Below, piece by piece: positions 1 through 9,552 of a DNA stretch of 64,000 nucleotides. The stretch spans positions 33,334 to 97,333 of the forward strand of contig CALXHI010000008.1 of NCBI GenBank assembly GCA_944388075.1. Reading direction: 5' to 3'. Within the stretch, counting starts at the first letter, position 1, and every line of letters begins with the position of its first letter. This stretch comes from an uncultured Clostridia bacterium (GTDB lineage: Bacteria > Bacillota > Clostridia > Oscillospirales > Ruminococcaceae). Both the position numbers and the translations under genes were made by a program. Under the pieces are notes generated by a model. The model ran no database searches, was not told the origin of the DNA, and saw only the letters and a list, made by a program, of their open reading frames with translations.

Positions 1-744
1 CTCATCCACCATGCCAGCGGTCTGTTCACCCGTATCTACAATGACCAATCTGCCGCCAATCTCAATGCCCCGACACCCGTTCAGATTATCGCCTGTGTTG
101 TGGGTGCGCTGATCATCGGTTTGGTCATCGGTCTGCTCTACATTTTCACCCACCGCAAGGTTGGTTACGCACAAAGCATTGTCATTACCATGCCAATGCT
201 CTCTGCGATGGTTGCCGCCGTCATTCTGATGATGTGTACGCTCTCCGAAGCCGGCTTGACCGCCGCCATCAGCTTGACCGGTGCATTCTCCCTCGTCCGA
301 TTCCGCAGTGTGCCGGGAGACCCAAAGGATATCGCATACATCTTCTTTGCCATGGGCAGCGGCGTCATTTGCGGTCTGGGCTATGTCGGCTATGCGGCAG
401 TCTTCTGCCTGATTCTCTCGGCAGTTTTGCTCATCTTCCACCTCACCAATTTCGCAGCACCCCCGATTCAGGACATGACCCTCAAAATCACCATCCCCGA
501 AAACCTCAACTACAACGGTCTGTTCGATGCCGTGATGGATAAGTATACCGTTTTCTGGCATCTGCGCCGTGTCAAGACCACCGATTTCGGTACACTCTTT
601 GATCTGGTTTACTCGATCCGCATCAAGACCGATGTCGATCAGAAAAAGTTCATCGACGAGATCCGTACCCTGAACGGCAATCTCAATGTCACGCTGGTAC
701 TCTATCGTTACGACGACCAGATTTACGAAACCAAATCCAAGTAA
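1..744 (+). CDS. DUF4956-like integral membrane protein, 5' end outside window
   Basis: Frame 1 has no stop from nt 1 to the TAA at 742-744, so the listed GTG at 100 is probably internal. It has several hydrophobic helices and the SLVRFRSVPGDPKDIAYIFFAMGSGV core I associate with DUF4956. Confidence 0.6.
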   Translation, partial: LIHHASGLFTRIYNDQSAANLNAPTPVQIIACVVGALIIGLVIGLLYIFTHRKVGYAQSIVITMPMLSAMVAAVILMMCTLSEAGLTAAISLTGAFSLVRFRSVPGDPKDIAYIFFAMGSGVICGLGYVGYAAVFCLILSAVLLIFHLTNFAAPPIQDMTLKITIPENLNYNGLFDAVMDKYTVFWHLRRVKTTDFGTLFDLVYSIRIKTDVDQKKFIDEIRTLNGNLNVTLVLYRYDDQIYETKSK

Positions 745-828
745 TTACACGCATCCGAAAAGGCTGAGGTTTGCCCTCGGTCTTTTCGTGCAGGATGCCT
801 TATTCCCGTCACGAAAGGATGGTTACGC

Positions 829-2196
829 ATGAAACAACACCGTCGTCTCGCATTGTTGCTGGCTGCATGCCTGCTCTGCACGACTGCTACCGCCTGCTCG
901 GACGACTCCACCGGTTCGACCGCTCAAGCTGAACAGAGTGCTGTGGATTTCCAAACGGATTCCAAAGCCGAAGATGCTTCCCCTGACGTTGACAGCTCTA
1001 CGGTAGATACGCCCTCTGATTCGAGCAGCGGGGACGATTCCTCGGAAGCCGATCCCGACACCTCCTCCAATGCCGAATCGGTTCAGACCACTACCGTCAC
1101 GACCGCCAACGGCGGCAACAATTCCTCCAAGCAGACAGCATCCACCTCTCGCACCACTGTCACGAGCAAATCTCAGACTGCTGTTGTCACAACCGCCTCC
1201 ACAGAGGTCAGCACGACCGTTGCGGCATCCGAAATCAAATACATCTATCTCAAAGGCGATACGGCACAGTATGACGGCACCGGCATCTCCGTCAACGGCA
1301 GCCGTGTGACCATCGCCAAGGGCGGTACTTATCGCATTTCCGGCACGCTGAATGACGGGCAGATCTATATTCTTACAGAGGACAAAAAGGTCTATCTCGA
1401 GCTGGATGATGCCCATATCACCAACTCCGTCGGCTCTGCGATCAACTGCCAGCAGGCAAAGAAAATTACCATCACGACCCTAGCCGGTACGACCAATTCC
1501 CTCACCGATGGCGGTACACATGAGGAAGACCGCGGTACGATTTTCTCAAATGACACGGTCATTCTCGAAGGCTCCGGTACGCTGAATATCACAGCCAACT
1601 ATGCGCATGGCATCCGCAGCGACGATGACATCATCCTCAACAGCGGCAATGTTGCCATCACCTCCACCAAAAGCGGCTTCCACAGCAATGACGGCATCGA
1701 AATCAACGGCGGTACGCTGTTCTGCGATGGCGGTACCAATGGCATCAAGACAGATGGTTATATCACCATTACCGGCGGGCATTCGGTATTGCTCGGCGGC
1801 ACACGAGAGGAGAAAGGGGCAATCTATTGCGACGGTGCATTCAATGTCATCGGCGGTACATTCTATGCAGTCGGTAACCTCTGCACCATGCCTGCCTCCG
1901 CTACGACCGTTCCGGTTTTGGGTGCGGTCTTTGCAACTGCACAGACTGCCAATTCGCCGGTGCGTTTCCTCTGCGGCGGCAAACCGCTCTTTACCGCAAC
2001 CTCGCCCCGTTCCTTCAAGTATGTGGTCTACGGCGGCGATGGTCTGACCGGTTCCGATTACAGTATTCAGTACGGCGGTTCGCTCAGTGGCGGTTCGACC
2101 ACCAACTATATCACCTCCGGCGGCACATACAGCGGCGGTACAACAACACCAGTCTTTGATGCAACCGGCACGGTTTCGTTCTATCCGGTCGCCTAA
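829..2196 (+). CDS. secreted (probable lipo)protein with S/T-rich linker and Cthe_2159-type carbohydrate-binding beta-helix domain
   Basis: Signal peptide ends in ATAC. A ~110-aa S/T/D-rich linker follows, then repeated Gly-rich rungs (GGTYRISGTLNDGQIYI, GIRSDDDIILNSGNVAITS, GIEINGGTLF, GIKTDGYITITGG). SD-like AAAGGATGG lies before the ATG. Confidence 0.6.
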   Translation: MKQHRRLALLLAACLLCTTATACSDDSTGSTAQAEQSAVDFQTDSKAEDASPDVDSSTVDTPSDSSSGDDSSEADPDTSSNAESVQTTTVTTANGGNNSSKQTASTSRTTVTSKSQTAVVTTASTEVSTTVAASEIKYIYLKGDTAQYDGTGISVNGSRVTIAKGGTYRISGTLNDGQIYILTEDKKVYLELDDAHITNSVGSAINCQQAKKITITTLAGTTNSLTDGGTHEEDRGTIFSNDTVILEGSGTLNITANYAHGIRSDDDIILNSGNVAITSTKSGFHSNDGIEINGGTLFCDGGTNGIKTDGYITITGGHSVLLGGTREEKGAIYCDGAFNVIGGTFYAVGNLCTMPASATTVPVLGAVFATAQTANSPVRFLCGGKPLFTATSPRSFKYVVYGGDGLTGSDYSIQYGGSLSGGSTTNYITSGGTYSGGTTTPVFDATGTVSFYPVA

Positions 2197-2212
2197 CCCT
2201 AATACCAACCCC

Positions 2213-2248
2213 AAGCATCCGAGCCGAAAGCGGTTCGGATGCTTTTTG
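2213..2248 (+). terminator. intrinsic terminator
   Basis: AAGCATCCGA...TCGGATGCTT stem with an inner CCG/CGG extension, followed by TTTT. Confidence 0.7.
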
Positions 2249-2315
2249 CTGCCCATGTGTATTCCATTTTGTATCAAATGCGATAATATTACAGTAAATT
2301 TCATACAATCCTTCA

Positions 2316-2344
2316 TTGTCACAGCGGTTGTTCTGTGTTATGAT
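2316..2344 (+). promoter_or_regulatory. sigma-A type promoter for the galactanase gene
   Basis: TTGTCA, 17 nt spacer, TATGAT, with TGt extended -10. Confidence 0.5.
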
Positions 2345-2418
2345 ATCTCCAGAAGCCGTCATCGAACCCCAGCAAGACAGTATGAGAAATAGAGATACAA
2401 AACACAGGGAGTATGGAT

Positions 2419-4422
2419 ATGAAGAAAAGATGGATGGCTGTCCTCATGGCGGTAGGCATGCTGCTGCCTTGTGGCAATGTACCGCAGGTCACGGCGGAGA
2501 GTTCGGTGGTCTATGACAGACTCAAAGGTCTGCCGTTCGAAAATGGCGATCCGTTCAAGGGCGTCGATGTCAGCTCTGCGCTGGCACTGGAAGAAAGCGG
2601 CGTGGTCTTTCGGGACAGCAACGGCAACCCGACCGATTTGTTTACGCTATTGGCTGACCATGGCGTGAATACTGTTCGCATTCGCATTTGGAATGATCCG
2701 TATCATTTGGAAAGTCGAAAAACCTATGGCAGCGGCAGCTGTGATGCCGACTGTGCCGTCAAGCTGGCGAAACGATGTGCAGATGCCGGACTGCATTTGC
2801 TGGTGGATTTCTACTATTCCGATTTCTGGGCAAACCCTGCGAAACAGTCTGCGCCCAAGGCATGGACAAATTACAGCATTGACGAGAAAGCCAATGCCAT
2901 TGCCGCCTACACAACCGATACCCTCACCCGCATTGCAGCAACCGGTGCAGAGATTACCATGGTGCAAATCGGCAACGAAACCACAAACGGTATGTGCGGG
3001 GTCTGGCTTGACGATTATGACTGGAGCGAATCGGGCTGGCAGCAGCTTGCAAAGCTTTGGAATGCCGGTGCAAAAGCGGTTCGGGCATTTGACCCGGAGA
3101 TTCTGGTTGCACTGCATTTCACCAATCCCGAGCAGGACGGCAAATATGCCTACATCGCCCAAATGCTCGATCAGGTACAGGTCGACTATGATGTATTCGC
3201 AACCTCCTACTACCCCTACTGGCACGGCACGCTCGATAACCTGCAAAGCGTGCTAACCTCTGTTGCCGAAACCTATGATAAGCAGGTGCTCGTAGCGGAA
3301 ACGTCTTGGAGCTACACGCTGGAGGACAGCGACTGCTTTGCCAATACCATCGGGCAGAGTGAGAATTTGGGCGACTACGTGGACTATCCCGTCAGTCCCG
3401 AAGGGCAAACCGCTTTCCTGACGGATTTGTTCGAGATCATCGCAGCCATTCCCGACAGCAAGGGGCTTGGCGTATGCTATTGGGCACCGGCATGGATCTC
3501 CGTTGGCACAGACTATACGCAAAATCTCGAGCGTTGGGAACGTACGGGTTCCGGCTGGGCAACGAAAGCCGCAAAAGAATATGATGCCGATGGGGCATAT
3601 TACGGCGGCTCATCCGTAGACAATCAGGCTCTGTTCGATGCGAACGGTAAACCGCTCTCTTCGCTCTCGGTCTTTGCAAATATTGTCGGAGATGGGCAAT
3701 ATCAGCCGGTCAAGGATGTGGCAGGCAATCTGCTGTCCAATCCCCATTTTGAACAGGATATGGGCTGGACAGATGCCCCATCCGGTTGGCAGCTGTACAA
3801 TTCCGGTGCCGATCATTTCGATGTTCGTGCCGAAGATCCCCACAGCGGCTCGTACGCCCTGCACTGGTACTCCGAAACTGCCTTCTCGGACAGCAAGCTC
3901 TCGACCGCCGTCACTGTGCCGGAGGACGGCGAATATCTGGTGTCATTCCATATGCAGGGCGACACGCAAAGCCACTATCAAGCCAATGTGACCATCAACG
4001 GACGGGAAACCGTTTCCGGCAGCGGTACGGGGCAAGGTTGGAGCGATTGGCAGAATCCTGCGCTGACCGTCACTGCTCGTGCAGGAGATACCATTCATCT
4101 GAAGGTGTCAGTCAGCAGTGCAGCGGCATCCTATGGTTCGATGGACGATTTTGTCATTCGCAAAATCACCGATCGACCCGAAATGACCACGACCACAACT
4201 AATACCGAAACTACCACGCCACCACCCCAACCCATCGTCGGAGATATTGACGAGGATGGCAGCTTTACCGTAGCGGATTTGGTACTGCTCAACCGCTATC
4301 TCTCCGAGGATAGCCGCATTACCATCTCCCCAAATGGTCTGCACACTGCCGATTACAATCGTGACGGGCAACTCAGCAGCGTTGATTGCTTGCTACTCCA
4401 ACACCGGTTGTCGTACGCATAA
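2419..4422 (+). CDS. cellulosomal arabinogalactan endo-beta-1,4-galactanase (GH53) with C-terminal beta-sandwich CBM-like module and type I dockerin
   Basis: GH53-like KGVDVSS...VRIRIWNDP N-terminus, catalytic-type IGNETTNG and VAETSWSY segments, then a ~130-aa beta-sandwich region, a TTTTTNTETTTPPPQP linker and duplicated dockerin Ca-binding segments (DIDEDGSFTVADLVLL / DYNRDGQLSSVDCLLL). Start set at the second ATG, 7 nt after AGGGAG. Confidence 0.85.
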   Translation: MKKRWMAVLMAVGMLLPCGNVPQVTAESSVVYDRLKGLPFENGDPFKGVDVSSALALEESGVVFRDSNGNPTDLFTLLADHGVNTVRIRIWNDPYHLESRKTYGSGSCDADCAVKLAKRCADAGLHLLVDFYYSDFWANPAKQSAPKAWTNYSIDEKANAIAAYTTDTLTRIAATGAEITMVQIGNETTNGMCGVWLDDYDWSESGWQQLAKLWNAGAKAVRAFDPEILVALHFTNPEQDGKYAYIAQMLDQVQVDYDVFATSYYPYWHGTLDNLQSVLTSVAETYDKQVLVAETSWSYTLEDSDCFANTIGQSENLGDYVDYPVSPEGQTAFLTDLFEIIAAIPDSKGLGVCYWAPAWISVGTDYTQNLERWERTGSGWATKAAKEYDADGAYYGGSSVDNQALFDANGKPLSSLSVFANIVGDGQYQPVKDVAGNLLSNPHFEQDMGWTDAPSGWQLYNSGADHFDVRAEDPHSGSYALHWYSETAFSDSKLSTAVTVPEDGEYLVSFHMQGDTQSHYQANVTINGRETVSGSGTGQGWSDWQNPALTVTARAGDTIHLKVSVSSAAASYGSMDDFVIRKITDRPEMTTTTTNTETTTPPPQPIVGDIDEDGSFTVADLVLLNRYLSEDSRITISPNGLHTADYNRDGQLSSVDCLLLQHRLSYA

Positions 4423-4462
4423 TCCATCGCAAAAATCCTTTGTGCAGATTTTGTGAAATCGC

Positions 4463-4491
4463 TTGCATTTCTCCCTTATTTATGGTATACT
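4463..4491 (+). promoter_or_regulatory. sigma-A type promoter
   Basis: TTGCAT, 17 nt spacer, TATACT, with TGg extended -10. It overlaps the ORF-track start at 4463, which argues for a downstream start. Confidence 0.5.
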
Positions 4492-4552
4492 GAAGACAAT
4501 CGGAGTGTGTACCGATTCAAACAACATGAAAGATGAAGGGAGTCGATCCGTT

Positions 4553-4984
4553 ATGTTTTTACAAGAACTGGGTCCCATTGAAGCCGAAGCATTTCTCACG
4601 CTGGCATGCGAAATGATCGAGGATGACGGTATTATCTGCCTTGAAGAGAATGACCTGCTTGACCAATATCAGAAAGAGCTTGGTATCACCGGCTTTTCCT
4701 TTGACCCCACAGCCGCTGCTGCCGCCCGCCATACGCTTGCTCAGCTGGATGAGGTCGCAAAACGCAAGGTGTACATGGAGCTGTTTTCGATTGCCGTCTG
4801 CGACTGCGAAGAGGATGTAACCGAGCGCATTACCCTCACCTCCATTCGGGATGCGTTGGCATTGAGTCCGCATGTCTGCTCTGAACTGGAAAGCTGTGTC
4901 TACGACCTTTACAGCGTCTATGATGAGATTGAAGAAGCACTCGAACTCGACTTGAGCGAGGACGAGGATGACGATATTGCTTAA
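4553..4984 (+). CDS. hypothetical acidic cytoplasmic protein
   Basis: ATG is preceded by GAAGGGAG at about 10 nt. The ORF is coherent and has an acidic C-terminal tail (DLSEDEDDDIA). I recognise no family. Confidence 0.5.
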   Translation: MFLQELGPIEAEAFLTLACEMIEDDGIICLEENDLLDQYQKELGITGFSFDPTAAAAARHTLAQLDEVAKRKVYMELFSIAVCDCEEDVTERITLTSIRDALALSPHVCSELESCVYDLYSVYDEIEEALELDLSEDEDDDIA

Positions 4985-5011
4985 GAAACCTGCGTCCATT
5001 TCATAACACCA

Positions 5012-5050
5012 ATAAGCATCTGATTCCCGCTTGAATCAGGTGCTTATTTC
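5012..5050 (+). terminator. intrinsic terminator
   Basis: 15-bp stem ATAAGCATCTGATTC / GAATCAGGTGCTTAT (one G-U pair), followed by a T-run. Confidence 0.7.
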
Positions 5051-5102
5051 TATATATGCTGCTGTCCATGTTTATCTCTGTAAACTTTGTGGAAATTGCC
5101 CC

Positions 5103-5131
5103 TTGCGATTGCTTTGATTTTGTGCTATAAT
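5103..5131 (+). promoter_or_regulatory. sigma-A type promoter
   Basis: TTGCGA, 17 nt spacer, TATAAT, with TGc extended -10. Confidence 0.5.
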
Positions 5132-5177
5132 AATAGTATCAGCGAATACCATGTATAGGGGGAGAAAGGAGTCGGAA

Positions 5178-5699
5178 ATGGAACTGCAATTCACGGTTGG
5201 TACACATGTGCGCTATATCGGTACTGGTGTCTGTGAAATCAATCGCATCGAAGACGTTGATTTTTCAGGAATTGGCGACACACGAAGCTGCTATGTCCTC
5301 GTACCGATGCGTAATCCCTGTATGACAGTCTATGTCCCTTTGGACAGCGAAAACTGTTGTGCAAAAATAAAGCCTCTCTTAACCAAGGAGACCATTGATG
5401 CGCTGCTGGAAGCAGAAGCTGATCCTGCCACAAAGCTTACATGGATCGAGGACCGCAAGGAGCGTACAGCACTATTTCGCAAGCTGCTGTCCGGTGGCGA
5501 TGAGCGCGATCTGGTGCAGCTGATTCGGTGTATTGAGGAACGCAAAGCGGCACTCCGTGCGAACGGGAAGCATCTGGCATTGTCGGATGAAACCACGCAT
5601 AAAGAAGCCTTGCGGATGCTCGAAGATGAATTTACCTACAGCTTGCAATTGTCGCCCGAGGACACGGCAACTTATGTCCGTGAAAAGCTCGGCATTTGA
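5178..5699 (+). CDS. CarD/CdnL-family RNA-polymerase-binding transcription factor-like protein
   Basis: N-terminal Tudor-like F.VG.HV.Y...GVCEI..IE segment with YYVLVPM-type strand, then a helical C-terminal half. Strong SD GGGGGAGAAAGGAG lies before the ATG at 5178. Confidence 0.7.
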   Translation: MELQFTVGTHVRYIGTGVCEINRIEDVDFSGIGDTRSCYVLVPMRNPCMTVYVPLDSENCCAKIKPLLTKETIDALLEAEADPATKLTWIEDRKERTALFRKLLSGGDERDLVQLIRCIEERKAALRANGKHLALSDETTHKEALRMLEDEFTYSLQLSPEDTATYVREKLGI

Positions 5700-5717
5700 A
5701 TTGATGTCCGCAAAATG

Positions 5718-5749
5718 AAACGGAGCAAGGTTCGCTTGCTCCGTTTTTC
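5718..5749. terminator. bidirectional intrinsic terminator between convergent genes
   Basis: AAACGGAGCAAG gttcg CTTGCTCCGTTTTT, with an A-run on one side and a T-run on the other. Confidence 0.75.
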
Positions 5750-6180
5750 TTATGCCTGATTCCGAGCGGATTTGACCTTGCCGACGGTAAATTTACCGAT
5801 GTTCCAAACAAGTATGAACAGCGGCAATATGCCGACATACAGAGTACCATAAACGAAATATTCAATGCCATTGAGGAAATGTTCCCAACCCATTGCCTGC
5901 GGTACAATCCAATAATCCGTTGTTCCGGCAAGCCAGACAATCGGCAATCCAATGCCGACGCCAACCATTTCAGCACATACAGCAGCATCGGCATAAATTT
6001 ACGGTGTTGACTGCCATGCCGTTTCCAGTCCCAAGTCACATATGCCGCCGCTGTCATCACCATAGCCATCACGCTAATCGGAAGGAAATAATCCTCGTTC
6101 TGCGTTTCCTCAATCACATCGGTTACCGTGAACATCACCCAGAATGTGACATGACACAACAGTACAAATAGCCATTCCAT
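5750..6180 (-). pseudogene. small 4-TM membrane protein gene split over two frames (frameshift near 5960-5995)
   Basis: The N-terminal 70 codons (6180 down to ~5970) and the C-terminal 72 codons (5968-5750) both look like membrane helices but lie in different frames. The first frame then runs as non-protein-like sequence through the terminator and into the convergent CarD-like gene. Confidence 0.5.
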
Positions 6181-6195
6181 GTCCTGTTCCTTTCA

Positions 6196-7149
6196 TCAGC
6201 CCCTCACTTCAACCGGTGCATTGTTTTGTCCGGATTTTGTGGTGAATTTTGCGTTCACATGCGGATCGGCAGGGAATACATCCGCTACCTCACTGATTGC
6301 AATATAGGCAGTCGGATCGATTTTCTGTACCAGTTCCCGCATTTTAACCACTTGGAATCGGTTGACGATGAAGTAAATCATCGTTTTCGCCGTATTGGAA
6401 AAGCCACCGGTTGCCTCAATACGGGTCACGCCACTCTCGAATGTTTGTGAAAGTGCCACACAGACTGCGTCCGGCTCGACTGTGATGATCATCGCACATT
6501 TTGCGTGATCAAGACCATCCACCATGAAGTCAATCGTCTTGACCGCTGCTGCGTAGGCAATGATGGAGTACAGCGATAAGATCCAGCTCTGCATCGCAAT
6601 ACCGCAGACAATATACAGCAGCACATTGTATACCATCACAAAGGTTCCAACCGATAATCCCAGTCGGCGTGCGAAAATCACCGCCATCACTTCGATGCCG
6701 TCCATCGCACCGCCAAACCGAATTGCACTGCCACTGCCAATGCCTGAAATCAAGCCGCCGAAAACAGCACAAAGCAGCAAATCCGTGCCCGCCATCGGAG
6801 AGGACGTTGCAACGTCAATCGGCAAAATATCGTTGATCACCCATGCGGCAATCGAGTAAAGCGCAACCGTATAGATCGCATAGATGGTAAACACAACACC
6901 CTGTTTTTTGTAGCCATACAAAAACAGCGGAATATTCAGCAATAACAGAAAAATCGAGAGCGTCCACTGTTCCGGCGTCACCTGTGCGAGCAGCATGGAA
7001 GTACCGGAAATACCGCTGTCATAGAGCTTCACCGGCGCCAGAAAAATCGTCACACCGATGGCATTGACAATACCGGAAATCGTCAGCAGTCCAAAGCGGC
7101 TCAGCCGCAGTTCCTTGATTCCGTTCATAAAATCCTGTATGATGCGCAT
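6196..7149 (-). CDS. YitT-family membrane protein (DUF2179 C-terminal domain)
   Basis: Repeated YitT-type helices (FLAPVKLYDSGISGTSML, IRFGGAMDGIEV) and a soluble C-terminal DUF2179-like domain. Confidence 0.75.
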   Translation of the reverse strand: MRIIQDFMNGIKELRLSRFGLLTISGIVNAIGVTIFLAPVKLYDSGISGTSMLLAQVTPEQWTLSIFLLLLNIPLFLYGYKKQGVVFTIYAIYTVALYSIAAWVINDILPIDVATSSPMAGTDLLLCAVFGGLISGIGSGSAIRFGGAMDGIEVMAVIFARRLGLSVGTFVMVYNVLLYIVCGIAMQSWILSLYSIIAYAAAVKTIDFMVDGLDHAKCAMIITVEPDAVCVALSQTFESGVTRIEATGGFSNTAKTMIYFIVNRFQVVKMRELVQKIDPTAYIAISEVADVFPADPHVNAKFTTKSGQNNAPVEVRG

Positions 7150-7176
7150 AAATCAACACTTCTTTTTCTAATCGGG

Positions 7177-9543
7177 TTACGGATCGATTTCCGTTTCCTG
7201 TCCGCATGCCTCTGCAAGATATGCAAAGTTCGGCGCGATCCGAAAGCCGCCTGCATGCACCGCAAAGTCAAGCATTTGTTGTCGATGGGCTTGATAGGTT
7301 TCGCCCTTTTGTCCGATGATTTCGTCCTCCAGCAAGGTGACTGTGAGCATATCGCCGTCAATTTCCTCAAGCTGTGCCCAGATAATGTCATGATTCTCAG
7401 TTGTTTCAACAGCAAGCCGCACATATGCCTCATCGGATTCCGGAAACGCCTTGACCAGGCTGCCAAAGCGTTCCTGTGCCATTTCTTTGATTTTCCGATC
7501 TGTGGCGATATAGCTGCCGTAACGGAAATTCTCGAAGTCCGCCTCCGTCAGCGTATCCAATCGCCGCAGTTTCGGCGTACCGTCTGCTTGCTCGCCCTCA
7601 TAGAGGAACAGCACCGCATGATCATCCCAGACGTTCCAATCATCGGCAAGCATCTCTCTCCGCAGATTGCATGCACCGGCAGCTTCCGCCGGATAGTATT
7701 CCATCGCCTGAACAGCCGGCAGCCATGCACAGGTTAATTGCGAACCATCTGCCATGCGCACTGCCAGAATCGGTGTCGCCGCATCGGGCATAAATCCACG
7801 CAGCAGCAGCCGTTCGGTCACATAGCACAGCAAATCGGCATAGCGACGGAAGTTTTCCTTATTGGCATCGAAAATCTCAATCTCTCGCATACCACAGCAG
7901 TTCATTCCATTTGTGACAATATGCACGCTGTCATCGGCATCGCTGCCGTTGAGCTGTAATTGATAGAGATAATCCACCATCGGTAGCACTCGGCTCTCGG
8001 CCTGCAAGGCAACCCAACCTGCCGGGAACAGCCGTCCGCGGGAATAGTCCAAATACACTGCCGCATTCGGACACAGCAACCGCAACAGCTGCAATTGCAC
8101 CTGCAGTGCCTGATCGAATGGGTGGTCGGCAAACCACAACATACACAAAACCGTGCCCTCTGCCGTTTTGGCTGCCTCCAGATCATCATTTCGCACCGGC
8201 CCCATCGGACGGAACGAGTCGAGCTGCGGTGTTTGCTCCACCGCAATGGCAACCGCGTACACAGCTTCCTCCTGTGTCAAAGCCAAGTGCAGCACATTGT
8301 TTTCTGGCTCTGCATGGGTCATCTCCACCGCAAAGCGACCGTCTTGTTTGAGCCGGGCTGTCACGGATTCCAAGGTCAAGGTTTCCGGCAGCTTCGGACA
8401 TACACCACCCATCACCGAAAAGGTTTGCTCGGCATCGCCATGCACAAAGTCGACAGCCGTTTTGTCGTAGGGCGGGTCAACATGGTGCAGCGCATCGGTG
8501 CATTGGGTATTGCCGTTGCGTTGGTCAAAGCGAGCCGCCAAATCCGATGCAATTTGATAGAAATAATCCCGCAAATCCGCACTGCGATACCGATGATTTT
8601 CCTGATACAGCGGAAAATTCCGAGGCAATACCAGTGAAATTTCTTCCATCTGCATCTGCGCAAATACACGATATGCACCCTCTGCATATTGCAGCCGCAT
8701 CCACGGATTGCGGCAGTCGAGAAAGTCTTTCAGTGAACGCTGTACGACATTACAACCGGCATGACGGTCTACCTGTGCATCAAACCGCAGCAATGCGCCG
8801 AGTTCGCCCAGCATATCGACCTTGCTGCGCAGCATGGGAGCAAGCCGCTTGGCAAGCGGTTTTGCATGGTCATAACGCCCCCTTGCGCAATCATAGTGCA
8901 GCCATCTGGCAAAAGCATATTCCGGCTCTTCCGCACATTGCATCGTGCCATCCTCGAGCGGCTTGAATTTCTCCTCCGCCGTTTGGAGGTCATCGAGATA
9001 CAACGCCACATTCAGATCATGCGCCTGTTCACATGCTTTGCAGTCCTTGAGGGCATCCTCCGGCTCTTGCCGATATGCACCCAATGGCACCTCGGTCAGC
9101 GGAACACCGGTTCGCAGCAGCCGCTTTTCCCGTAGATAATAGTACGGTCGCAGCGAATAACCGTAGGTTTTGCAGCGTTGTCGAAAATCACCGTACAACG
9201 CTTCGATTTGTGCCATCGGCACTTGCGGATAGTCAATCGCAATGCCGAGAATGTACTTAAAATCCCACATCAAATCCGGTTGGTATTCCATTTCCAGTTC
9301 CGGATGAGTATCGTAAATCGCAAGCATCTCCGGAAATACGACCATGGCGTCAAAATTATCGCTCTCGAAAATCGATGCGCTGATATAGCGATGCCGAAAA
9401 ACGAATTGCCATTCTGTCGCTTTTGCTTCATCGGCTGCGGCAATGGCTTCCTTCAACGCACGAGTGCGTTCGACACCCGGTGTCAGAGCCTCGATATGCT
9501 GAATGTATTGTTCTGCTGAAAACATAATATCCCTTCTTCCCAT
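7177..9543 (-). CDS. 788-aa protein of unknown function: N-terminal module paralogous to the upstream 344-aa protein, plus a ~450-aa C-terminal extension (DUF4026/DUF2314-like by memory)
   Basis: GAGAGG SD lies 5 nt before the ATG at 9543; the alternative ATG at 9525 also has an SD. The N-terminal ~340 aa align by eye with the product of 9553-10587. Confidence 0.7.
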   Translation of the reverse strand: MGRRDIMFSAEQYIQHIEALTPGVERTRALKEAIAAADEAKATEWQFVFRHRYISASIFESDNFDAMVVFPEMLAIYDTHPELEMEYQPDLMWDFKYILGIAIDYPQVPMAQIEALYGDFRQRCKTYGYSLRPYYYLREKRLLRTGVPLTEVPLGAYRQEPEDALKDCKACEQAHDLNVALYLDDLQTAEEKFKPLEDGTMQCAEEPEYAFARWLHYDCARGRYDHAKPLAKRLAPMLRSKVDMLGELGALLRFDAQVDRHAGCNVVQRSLKDFLDCRNPWMRLQYAEGAYRVFAQMQMEEISLVLPRNFPLYQENHRYRSADLRDYFYQIASDLAARFDQRNGNTQCTDALHHVDPPYDKTAVDFVHGDAEQTFSVMGGVCPKLPETLTLESVTARLKQDGRFAVEMTHAEPENNVLHLALTQEEAVYAVAIAVEQTPQLDSFRPMGPVRNDDLEAAKTAEGTVLCMLWFADHPFDQALQVQLQLLRLLCPNAAVYLDYSRGRLFPAGWVALQAESRVLPMVDYLYQLQLNGSDADDSVHIVTNGMNCCGMREIEIFDANKENFRRYADLLCYVTERLLLRGFMPDAATPILAVRMADGSQLTCAWLPAVQAMEYYPAEAAGACNLRREMLADDWNVWDDHAVLFLYEGEQADGTPKLRRLDTLTEADFENFRYGSYIATDRKIKEMAQERFGSLVKAFPESDEAYVRLAVETTENHDIIWAQLEEIDGDMLTVTLLEDEIIGQKGETYQAHRQQMLDFAVHAGGFRIAPNFAYLAEACGQETEIDP

Positions 9544-9552
9544 GAAAACCTC

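Noticed and set aside
5632-5749. C-terminal third of the 182-aa minus-strand ORF
   Set aside because: This part crosses a strong bidirectional terminator and overlaps the CarD-like gene. The sequence is non-protein-like. It is explained by a frame switch into the 5750-5968 ORF.
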